DNA from: Octopus vulgaris
Lineage: Eukaryota
Direction of reading: 5' to 3'
Length of the DNA: 64,000 nt
NCBI GenBank assembly: GCA_951406725.2
Contig: OX597815.1
Span: 157,604,001 to 157,668,000, forward strand
A program made the translations under genes and the position numbers. Of this stretch, positions 1 through 10,999 are shown piece by piece (position 1 is the first letter of the stretch; every line of letters begins with the position of its first letter). Under the pieces are notes generated by a model. That model searched no databases and was not told the origin of the DNA. It was given only the letters and a program-made list of their open reading frames with translations.

Positions 1-1635
1 ATAAATTATTATCCCTATACCAAAGAAAAGAAATGTCAGGCCCTCCAAATTGGAACTTTATCCAATATAAAATTTTCTATAAAAGATCTGATACGCAGCT
101 TCGACTGCATTTTATGTATTAAAGTAAGGTGACCTTCATGTTTTTGTGATCATCTGTATTTATTTTTCATACCACGTATAATTCAAACCGTTTCCTACAA
201 TATTTTGAAAATATTGTGAAGGTAATCCAACCTATTGCATTTCAGTGACTTTTGTTGTAACTTTAAGAAATTAAAATGAAATAAAATTAATGTATTTTGT
301 CAGTTCAATCAGTTCTAAAAATCATGTTATTATGGATAACTGGACAGTTAACTTTAGATTATTTTGTTACTTAGTACTTATTATAAAATTGAAATTATTT
401 ATTATGAATTGATTTCCTTTACATCTGCAAATTTAATTTGTATCATCTGTTAAATAGAATGTTTTTTTTTTGTCAAATAACTGATTGTTTTCCTACCATT
501 TATTTAGTTTTTTTTTTTACTTTTAGTTTATTCATATTTTTTCTTAAGTTTTGCTAATTAGAAGCCGTAATTTCAGATACAGGGAATAGTCCTGAAAACG
601 TAATTGCATTCCAAAATATGCTTCTCACCATTACAAATTTATAACTTGTTTTTAGTACAAGTTTATCCTTTCTAAACACAGTGGGTCATTGTGGCCTTAT
701 CTGTAAATATAAGGTTTTTCTTTATTTTCATTTAAATTGCCTTTTTATATTTATATATTTTTCATTTTTCTGTCTTAAGTATGAAGAAGTTTCTTTTTAT
801 ATTTAAAGAAATCAATACTGTTGCAATGAGAAATTATATTTATAATCAAATATTTTGCGTTTTTTATAAACTAGTTTATTATTCCACCTCTGATAAACAT
901 GATTAAAAAAAAAAAACTACAGTACTAAAGTGTTGTTCTATTTTTACCTAGAATATAGGAAGGCAAGTTATCAAAGCTAGTTTGTTCAGTAAAATAGAAA
1001 ATATAATCATTTAATGTCCACTTCCACATGCTTATATCGGTAGGATTTTCTATGGCTGGTTGCCCTTCTTGTTGCCTAATCTCACGTATTTTCAAGCAAC
1101 AAAGATGGGCTCTGCTTGTATGACAGATACACACACACACATGTACATATACATACACAATGAGATTTATCCAGTTGCCATCTAGTATATCCACTCATAC
1201 CCAGGGATCTAGTGGAAGGTATGTGGGACTGAACCGAAGACCACATTGTTGGGAAGTAAATTTTATTATTCACATTTTAAGATACTGTTTTAGAGGATTG
1301 CACTTGTCCAGTCACACAGCACCATTCCAATTTGATGATTTGTTGTTGGTTGATATTATGCTGCAGAGTTAGTTTTGTGAAGAGGAATGGGTGAACTCAG
1401 TCATGGACACATTCTCAGACTGGTGATATTTTACATCCTAAACTTCATGATTAATACTATCCATACTTTCTCATGAAGCCATAACCAATCAATCCTTATA
1501 TTCTTATGCTGAATTCTGGAACAGAAAATTGGAAAAAAATTCTACAAAACTTTCAGATTATCATCAGCATTTTAATTTTAACATTAGTTTATACCAGTCA
1601 TACTAAGTGGTTTCTCCATTTATAAAGACTTTATG

Positions 1636-3100
1636 ATCATCATCATTAGCATTCATACTGGTACTGGTTGGATAGTTTGACAGGATCCAACAGGTCAAAG
1701 AACTGCATCAAGCTCCTGAGATTAGGTTTCACCTCTTATGCCTTTGTCTTCTACAAAATCATTCCTGTTGAATCTCTTGGCACTCTTTTACATTGCTCTC
1801 ATCCTCCATATGCACCACAGCCGTCTCCACTCTAGTACACTACATCCAATTTCTTTTATACCCAGTTTTTTCTTCAGGTCGTTCCTGTACACTATTAAAC
1901 ATCTATTGGAGTATGCACACCTCATTTCTTTCCAGCCTCTACATTGAATGCCCATATTTCACTACCACATATCATCACATTTGGTATACAAACATCAATA
2001 TAATATAGTTTTCACTTGGAGGAAGGACCTCTTTGTTGCCAGCAAAAGTAATAGCTTCCTGAACTTCTTCCACACAGTTTTTACTCTGGAATCTATTCTT
2101 TTCAAACTTTCTCTTCTCTTGACAATTTGGTCACCTAGGCAACAACTTCTATTGAGCCTACAAGGATTTGATAAAAATTTTATGGGTGCTCTTACAGCTA
2201 ATTACTTCTATGCATCTGCTACATATCTTTCAGCCTGCTTATGATCCCACTGTATCTCTTGCACATCAATTATCGGGTACAACATATAAAATCTGTACCA
2301 ATTCCTTTCTTGGACATTGGGTGTAAACAGCCCTAGATGGTTTGAGAGTCCTATCTTCCTGTTAACTAAAAATTTTGCTTTTGCATCTACATTCGGAATT
2401 TCTTCTTCAATTCTTCACAAATTTGTGTACAAGAACCAGGTCATAAGTGTAAAGAAGTTCCCATAGCTAGTTTTAAAGTCATCTATTATGATCTGGAGAA
2501 TTACAATCAGTAGGATAGAGCTGAAGACTAAGCTTTGATGGACACCAACTTTCTTGCTAAATTCCATTCATCAGTCACTTCTGATTGTGGTACATATGCA
2601 GAGACCTTGTAACTTGTCATAGCTTAATTACTCTGTTGCTTTCCCCCAACTATCTCAGTGTATTTCTCTGCCAGCAAACTTATTCTACTAATTCCAGTGT
2701 TGTATCTACCATTAAAAATTTAAATGTTTCTCATGAGAAATCTTATTGAGACTGCCCTCCGTCTTACGTCTTGTACATAACACACATCTACTCACCTCAA
2801 CTCTACAATTTTTCCAGACTGACCTTTCATCATGCTAACATTGCAGGTGGCATTCTTGAAGTGCCATGTGATCTCAACATTGGAAATGTGTATATATGCA
2901 GCTTTTAGCAACGAAGAGAGATTTTACTGAGTTCATGTTTTGCCTGCATCTTCCAATTTGGTATGTTTTCCACACCTTGAGCCTCCCCCAACAGTTTCAC
3001 AGAAGGTCCTGCTTGCACTTCATCACATCACCAGTAGTAGAAGGACCAAAAAATTGCCAATACTCTATATCAGTTCTTATTCAGTGCTACTGACTTCCTA
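1636..3100 (-). mobile_element. Old degenerate RTE-clade LINE (RT region plus 3' tail)
   Basis: Minus-strand remnants GVHQSLVFS (~2530-2555) and WELLYTYDL (~2440-2465) correspond to GVHQ/ELLYADDL in the RTE copy at 56.8-57.9 kb; (GAT)n-type tail near 1636. Boundaries approximate. Confidence 0.65.
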
Positions 3101-6100
3101 GACAGGCCACTCATGATGCAGCTTGCAAAGTCCATGTTTCACTCAAACATTTCATTTTGGCTGAGTGGGATTTAGCTTCCAAGAGGTAGTATAAAACTAA
3201 TAGGGACAATGATTGCCTCATTTCTTTAGGTGATAGTAGAAATTTGTTTTTAAAATGATAGCCTGATTGTGAAAATAAATTTCTGAAAAGATGCATTTCA
3301 AAACAAATGAAAAGATTTCAAATCTAGTTTAAATTCTGTAAATAAGTGTTTTTTCACTGAATTTTCATATATGTAATCTATAGATTTCTTTCATCAATGC
3401 ACAGTGCAAAGTTCCATAGGGAATCTCAATAGGATTATCAGTGAGAAGTTATGAGGATAAAACTAAGCATTGCATAATATGTATATTATTAAAAACATGA
3501 ATAATTTATATTGACTAGTTTAATTAAGACATATTTTGAATTTAAAAAAAATGGTTTTGTATTTTCTATATTGCTTGTCTAGATCTAAATGGGTGAATTA
3601 CAGCAGCTAGAACAATTCCTTACTACAACACTATATTTTAGAATGTTATACTAAAACAAAAAAATTCCAGCAGCAACATCTTTCTGTTGTCAGGTGTGCC
3701 AAATACTAAAAGACCACAAATGCCAAGACCTATCCAGTCCTTACAATCATGGATAGTAATGTACCTTGGCTAAGACATTATTTCTGTTATTCAATTTGAA
3801 TTCACTAAATCTATTTTGGGCATCTAAGTTGCTAAATTTAGAAGATATAATTGCTAGATTAAAATAACTTTTACATTCAGTTCACCATACTTGCATTGGC
3901 TAGATGGCTCTATATTCTTATAGGTGGGATGTTATTCCTAATCTTCCATTCTTATTTCATACTACATTATCCATTTCTTTCTTTTCGAAAAAAAAGTAGG
4001 ATGTAATTTGAAGGGGATTAGGTTGTTTTTCCAAGGTAATGCAGTCAATATCAAAATCCCAATCTGAAGGAACTGGTTTACTATATATTGTCTGGCATTT
4101 TACATAAAGTCTCTCTTATTTGTACTGACCAGTGGCTCCCAACATTTTGTAGCTCAATGCCTCTTTCACTAAATGGTATTTTAAAACATCTCTGTTTCGC
4201 AAAAAGGAAAAAAAAAAGGCAGGGTTAATTTTTTTGCGCTTATCCATATTTTCTTATACTATCCCACCAGTGGCTGCCTCTTTTTAGGTATTTGTGCGAA
4301 CCAAAGTCTGTGGAAATTACTAAAGATGGTGAGGACATATATAATGGAATTACAGCAGAGCATGATTCCTTATTAGTCAGGTTTCTGCTCACTGATAACA
4401 CAATGCCTTCCTCAAATTCTAACCTTGATAAAAATTTTTTTGAAAATGTGTTTAAAATATAAGTATTGTTCTTGGTTTAATTATCTTATTTCTAATAAAA
4501 ATCACAACCCTCACCTAAATGTTCTACACCTCTCCTTCACAGCATCCCTTGACATTTTCTACACCCCTTGTGAGTTTAATGCTTTGAATGGGGCACTACA
4601 GTCAAGGTTAAAAACTACTAGGATTCACCTTTTAAGAGGCTTGGGTTTCCTCAGTATTGTCTTCAAATTCAGAAAGGTAAATAAGTCAGATGATAGCAAA
4701 ATGTGTGTGTGTGTATATACACATATATATAGATAGAGAGGTTAGTAAAATAAATAATGACTAGGGCTGGACATCATTATCATTTAACATTTGTGTTCCA
4801 TGCTGGCATGAGTTTGATGGTTTGACAAAATTTGATGGGTGCAAGGGCTGCAGTGTTCTAGTGTCTGCTTTGGCACAGTTTCTAAGGTTGGATGCACTTC
4901 CTAACACCAACCACTTTACAGTGAGTACTGAGTGCTTTTTTTCATGCCACCAGCACTTGTGAGGCTACCATGCAGTTCACAAAAACCCTGAGAGAAAAGA
5001 GGTATCCTTATACTAGATGAGGGGATTGAAGTATGAGAGAAGGGGGCTAAGCAGGTTTCTTGTAGTGAAGAGAAAGTGAGAATGATCAGGTGGAACTGCA
5101 AAGAGATAATAGTGATGAGATGTTCAGGTAGCTCCTTCAAGGTACAAGGTGAGTAAAAGTGAGTGGGGACAGAGGAAGTGGGTGGATGAGGGTATTTATA
5201 CAAATTATTTGTCCTTTTAACTTACTGATCACGATTAGTACTAGGATATAACAAATTTTTACAGATATAGAATAGATGGAAGGAAACAGAAACAATGAGA
5301 TGAAACCATAGAGAAAAGGTGAAGTTGTTTTAGGATAGTTGCCTTTTCTCTGGGTAAAATCTATAAAACTCTCATTTTTATAGATTTTACTCAGTTCTTA
5401 AAACTTCTAAGAATTAAAGTATATATAGACCATGCAGTAAAATTCTAGTTTCATGTACATCTCTTGAAAAGGTTGCTGAAGACAATGTGTATAAAGTAGA
5501 GAAATTTCATCAGTTCAAGAAGTTCAGGTTGCAATCTTTTATTAATAGCATTTTGGGAGGTGAGTGCATGAAATCATGAGGGATTAAAAGCATTTGTTGA
5601 GGTTCATTTGGAATCTCAATAAATAACAAAGGTAATTTGGGGTGGGAAAAAGGAAGAGTACTGATCACATTGAAAGGCTTCTCTTTATTATTGACAATCC
5701 ATTTGGAAATATTACAGATAGATGAAAAAAAGACAATATGAAGCGAAAGTACAATAATACTACTAATAATAATGCTTAAGTGTTTGGAGGGTGGGAGAGG
5801 GTGAGATGAGATTTTGTAGAATTGCCAATGTTCCAATAACAAAAAGAGTCAGTTCAAATGGTTAGAGTCAGATAGATGTGCTTGTTACCTATTTGAATAA
5901 GATTGTACAGCCGCATGGTTAAGTTTGCATCACAACTACATGGTTTCAGGTTCAATTCCACTGAGTGGCACCTGCAACAAATGTATTCTACTTTAACCTT
6001 GAGCCAACTAAAGACTTGAATGAAATTTGGTAGATGGAAACTGTATGAAAGTCTGTCTTGGGCAGTAGAAATTTAATCCAGCTCCCAGTTTGGCATCACT

Positions 6101-8166
6101 ACCTGGCCCTCATGTACCTTCAGCTGAGTTCCATCTGTTGCAAGCATTCATGCCATGCCTCGGGTCTAAGGAAAACTTCCTCCTCCTACAGTCATACAGG
6201 CCCTGAAAGAGGTTTAGGATTTTACCTTTATTCCTTTGACTAAATTATGGTTTACAAAAAGAAAAAAAAAACGTGATAACAAAAAGATAATCATAAAGTT
6301 AATTGGACCTTTTGACATATTACAAGTCAGATTTTATGCAACAATGTTGTAAGTAATATAGTGAATTAGAGAAATCTGTGGCCTTATGGAAAATACTCAT
6401 GTATGATAGGAATAGCTACTGGTTAAATGTAACAATCATCTGGCTTCTATACTAGATGTGATCTAAGTGAAAAGACCAAAAAATGTTATGAATTTTGATT
6501 AACACACTCTATAGCACTTGACAGTAAATACTAGGAAGGGTATCCAGCCATAGAAACTAGGCCAAAGCAGACACAGGTGCACAGTGCAGTCCTCAGATCT
6601 GTTGAATCCAGTCAAACTGTCTAAACCATGCTGGCATGGAACATGGATGTTAAATGACAATTATGATGACAGAAAAAAAAAGGGGAGCTTGGGTAAAATA
6701 TTTTTAATGCAATAAGTAGTTAATTTGATGTGTGTTAGGGAAATTGAAGGGACAAAAGGGATACAGAAGATTGCCTTCAAATAATCTGGAAGGGGAAATA
6801 TATTGAATAAACTGTCTGATATTTTTTCTTTTACACAAAAAATATTCTAAATGTATCATGTAAATCTACTATAAGAACAGACAGACATCCTTTAGAAGAG
6901 AGTTAAAACCTGAAATAGTGAATGTATATTTGGTTTATATTTGTAGATGGGGTATATTTTAAAGAGGGAATTTAAAGTTGATCTAGAGGTCTTGTACTGG
7001 TTAAATGGCAACAGGGTCCTGTACCCATACAAAAGAATTAATATGAATGTATGTTCTCTTATATTGTAAGGGATCAATAAACCATGTATATTTCTATTAG
7101 CTAATAAGGTACATGGAGAGGTGAAGGATGATAGAGGGTGGTTAGTATAGGCTCACTCATCTAACAGGGCAGTAATTCCTATGAACTGATACTTTGTCTT
7201 GCAGGTGCCACGAAAAATGCATTCATGCTGGTATCATGTAAAAGTGCCCATGCTGGTTGCACATGAGAAGCACCCAGCACATTCTGTAAAGTGGTTGGCA
7301 TAAGGAAGGTGGTCAAGCCTCAGAAACTTTACCAAAATAGACAATCGGAATCTGGACAGCTCCTCTCAAACTGTCCAACCCATGCCAGCATGGAAAACGG
7401 ATATTAAATGATGATGATGATGATGATGTAAAATGATGGTGATCAATATACTTTCAGTAGATTTTTGTATTGACATAAATTGTTTAAGCAGATGTCACCA
7501 GCTTTGAGTAAATTCTGTAATGTTGAGTTTATGTTTTCAATAATTGGTGAGTTTGAAGTCATATTACTATTAAATAAATAGAATGGAACACATAAATATA
7601 TCTGCAACACTTGAGTATGTACTACACAAATATAAGTCAAAAATGTCCACTAAATAACTTATTGAAACGTTCTAAAATCTATTCCAATTTTGCACACCTG
7701 TAATCTGACCTGAACACTTGATTGTAATGTTTTTTCTTGTTTTTCTTTTAATGATATTCTTAATACCAATGTTTTTATGATTAAAGATGAAATAAATATG
7801 ATAAGTCTGTTTTACTTTTATGTGATGTTTTATTTTTTAATTTGTTGCATATTATTTCAGAAGAAATTAGGTCCACAATCTTTGATGTACCATCAGTAAA
7901 TGTGAATGTCACATGATTTAATTTCTTTTGATATATTGAAATAACAGGAAAAAAAACCTATAAACAAATGTTGCACAAAGATTAAGGTGTCTTTTTAAAA
8001 CAGATGTTAGGAAGAATGGCAACAAGACAAGCGGAAAATCATGTAATATGATGTGTTTTCAATAGAAGTTAGCAACCATAGAAAAAAAGAAAAAACTACC
8101 ATAGCAGCAGGAAGGACTCCCATTGTTTCTGTTTCCTTCCATCTATTCTATATCTGTAAAAATATA

Positions 8167-8557
8167 GGCACAGGAGTGGCTGTGTGGTAAGTAGCTTGCT
8201 TACCAACCACATGATTCCGGGTTCAGTCCCACTGCGTGACACCTTGGGCAAGTGTCTTCTACTATAGCCTCGGGCCGACCAAAGCCTTGTGAGTAGATTT
8301 GATAGACGGAAACTGAAAGAAGCCCGTCGTATACATGTATATGTATATATATGAGCGTGTGTTTGTCCCCCTAACATCGCTTGACAACCAATGCTGGTCT
8401 GTTTACGTCCCTGTAACTTAGCGGTTCGGCAAAAAGAGACCAATAGAATAAGTACTAGGCTTACAAAGTATAAGTCCTGGGGTCGATTTCCTCGACTAAA
8501 GGCGGTGCTCCAGCATGGCCGCAGTCAAATGACTGAAATAAGTAAAAGAATAAAAGA
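8167..8557 (+). mobile_element. tRNA-derived SINE, near full length
   Basis: A-box-like TGGCTGTGTGG, B-box-like GGTTCAGTCCC, CCTTGGGCAAGT core, (TAAAAGAA)n tail; diverged copies near 5.9, 32.2, 37.1, 39.2, 39.8 and 63.2 kb. Confidence 0.85.
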
Positions 8558-8571
8558 ATAGCAGCATTTGT

Positions 8572-9010
8572 ATCCTTTAGCATTTAACCCTTTCAATACC
8601 AACCCAGCTGAAACCGGCTCTAGCTCTGAGTACCACTGTTTTGTTTTCATAAGTTTAGAATTAAAATCTTCCATCAAATGTTAGTCACAATTTATGTTCC
8701 TAACACTAGCTGAATTATAACTAAGTTAAATTACTTGATTCTTTGTTATATTTAAAGTAATTGAAAGAAACACAGAGCATCTCCAAACAAATACAGAAAC
8801 GAAAGGGTTAAACTGGTTATATCAGGCCCCAAAATATTCTACCCATGTTATATTCAAACTGACCAGATCTTGTCTCTCACACTTACCCCACAATGTCATT
8901 CTAAGAATATGCAATCACATTGTTGAAATCTCAAATCTACAAGATAATGCCTGATTAATTCAAAATGTAAGTATTACATTTGACAGAGTAATCTGAATGC
9001 TAAAGGTTTA
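8572..9010. mobile_element. piggyBac-type MITE (8588-8807) nested at a TTAA inside another piggyBac-type MITE
   Basis: TTAA|CCCTTTC...GAAAGGG|TTAA at 8584-8811; the outer halves match the uninterrupted MITE at 37615-37835. Confidence 0.75.
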
Positions 9011-9336
9011 TTGATGCTGAAAATAGACATTACCAATGTCAGTACAATAAAATAGCAATAAAATATGGACAAACATTTCAAACAGCAAGTTTTCTTGTAG
9101 ATATCCTGAAATTACTTAGTTAAAGATAGAAAATGATAAATGGAAATGATCTGATGAAAATAATGGCTAACAACAACAAAATTACATAAAGACGGCAATA
9201 ATTGTTAAGTTGAAGGTAATGATGACTAAAAAGACAATTAGTGATTGTTTAGGTATAGGTATCAATACATTTATAGAAACAAATCAGATAATTTACATTA
9301 TTTACATTTGATAGATATTTGTCCTCGTTTGTTGTT

Positions 9337-9382
9337 AACACAATGTTTCAGCTGATATATCCTCCAGCCTTCATCAGGTGTC
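9337..9382 (-). ncRNA. Minimal hammerhead ribozyme motif in the inverted pLTR (stem III G>A change)
   Basis: Minus strand GACAC CTGATGA A GGCTG GAGGATATAT CAGCT GAAAC ATT GTGTT. Confidence 0.55.
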
Positions 9383-10215
9383 TTGGGGAAATTTTGAATC
9401 TGGTTTCTCATTTCTAAGGTATTTTTCGATGTTATTATTATTATGATTCAGGTCACTGCCTGGAATCAAACTCAGAATCTTGGGGTTAGTAGCCCGTGCT
9501 CTTAACCACTACACCATATGCCTGTGGGCAATTATGGAATGAATTTTAGCCTATCCTTCCTTAATACCGGTTCCCATATGCTATTCATATATGCACTCAG
9601 TCTGCTTAGGAGGCTGTTGTCTCCTAGCATATGTGCTGCTTCTTTTAATTTAAAAAAGATATGCAGCCCATATGACATCAGGACAGTATTCAAAAGTAAT
9701 ACAACACTTCGCAAATATCTTCTTCGGGTAAAACCACCAATAGAAGAGAATATGACCAAAAACTGTGTGTACTCCATCCCATGAGCTGCGGTAGGTTATA
9801 CAAAGGCGAAACATTACAAAACTGTGATACAAGGAGATATTGATAAATCGGGTATAGCTGGTCATGTATGGAAAAATGGAGACCACCTCCCCCTATGGGA
9901 TGAAGTTAAAATAATAGACAGAGAACACCACTGGAAAATTTAAAAACTAAAATCAACAGCACACATGCTAGGACATAACAACCTCCTAAGCAGACCGAGT
10001 GCAGATATGAATAGCATATGGGAAGGATAGGAAGATATTAGATTTATAAGCCCAAAAATTCACTCCATTATGGCCCATGGGCATATGGCATAGTGGTTAA
10101 GAGCACGGGCTACTAACCCCAAGATTCCGAGTTCAATTCCAGGCAGTGACCTCTAAATAATAATAACATCTAAAAATACCTTAGGAATAAGAACCCAGAT
10201 TCGAAATTTCCCCAA

Positions 10216-10261
10216 GACACCTGATGAAGACTGGAGGGTATATCAGCTGAAACGTTGTGTT
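10216..10261 (+). ncRNA. Minimal type I hammerhead ribozyme motif in Penelope pLTR
   Basis: GACAC-CTGATGA-stem II(AGACTG..CAGCT)-GAAAC-GTT-GTGTT; stem I GACAC/GTGTT; palindromic loop-less stem III AACGTT, as known for Penelope minimal hammerheads. Confidence 0.7.
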
Positions 10262-10616
10262 AACAACAAACAAGATGAGGACAAATATCCGTCAAATGTA
10301 AATAATTCCTCATCTCTTAAATATAGAACTGAAATCAGATAATTTTTTAAAAATTTCTTTTAATATTACATTTTTTTTAATTGAGAATATGGAAAGGAAT
10401 GTTACATTTCTGCCTTTTTTTTAAAGAGAATTGGCACCAACAATAACACAAGGTGAGTTCAATCAAGAAATGATAACATATGAGAAACTTAAATCACAAG
10501 ATCTTCACTACACTCCATGGCATTTACTACTGAAGTTTCAGCTTGTTTCTAGTTCTTAAATATCTAGAAAAAAATATATCTCAATTAAAGTCCTGTATTT
10601 TCAAACATTTAACATT

Positions 10617-10622
10617 TTTATT
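10617..10622 (-). terminator. Probable poly(A) signal of HIGD2A
   Basis: AATAAA on the minus strand ~210 nt after the stop codon. Confidence 0.45.
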
Positions 10623-10832
10623 AACTTTCTTAAAAGAAAGTCATAAACCATGTTAATTTGTAAATTAGAATTCTAGTATTTTTAACAATACAAGTTCAGG
10701 TCCTTTTTTTTTATACTGTTTAGGTTAGCAAAACACTATGAATCCTAAAACAAGTATTTATATAAATATAAGAATGTTTCAAAATAAGAAACCAATACCT
10801 AGGACTATTTCTTTTGAAAATACTCAGGTCGA

Positions 10833-10999
10833 CTACTTTTTATGTGTACGTGCACTATACAACACACCAGCCAGTATAGCAACAACAGTAAAGCCTTGTC
10901 CCATAATTCGTAGTCTCATCATCATCTGAGATCTCCTTTGGTTACCAGTCCTCATTTGCCATATACCATAAGACAGAGCAAATGTTGTCAGAGCAAGTC
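10833..10999 (-). CDS. HIGD2A: HIGD2A exon 2 (terminal)
   Basis: Poly-T tract plus CAG acceptor; GLALTTF...ARTHKK, TAG stop. Confidence 0.93.

Larger units (their letters stand above)
9295..10331 (+). mobile_element. Truncated Penelope-like element: GIY-YIG endonuclease C-terminus with inverted pLTR arms
   Basis: Remnants KNCVYSIP..CGRLYKGET and KSGIAGHVWKNGDHLPLWDEVKIIDREHHW; arms ~9297-9650 and ~9940-10306 are inverted copies; 14-bp TSD AAATCAGATAATTT at 9281-9294 and 10332-10345. Confidence 0.85.

Noticed and set aside
1-130. Open frames at the window start followed by GTAAGG (possible exon of an upstream gene)
   Set aside because: Two frames are open, no protein is recognisable, there is no upstream context and no convincing downstream partner exon.
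1545-1570. CTGATGA..GAAA on the minus strand
   Set aside because: No stem II, and stems I and III cannot form; chance match.
7861-7916. Acceptor-like TTTCAG followed by EIRSTIFDVPSVNVNVT-stop
   Set aside because: Could be a terminal exon of an upstream gene, but it is too short and has no recognisable homology.
10086-10152. tRNA gene
   Set aside because: A and B boxes are present but there is no proper acceptor stem; it lies within a repeat arm and is treated as tRNA-derived.
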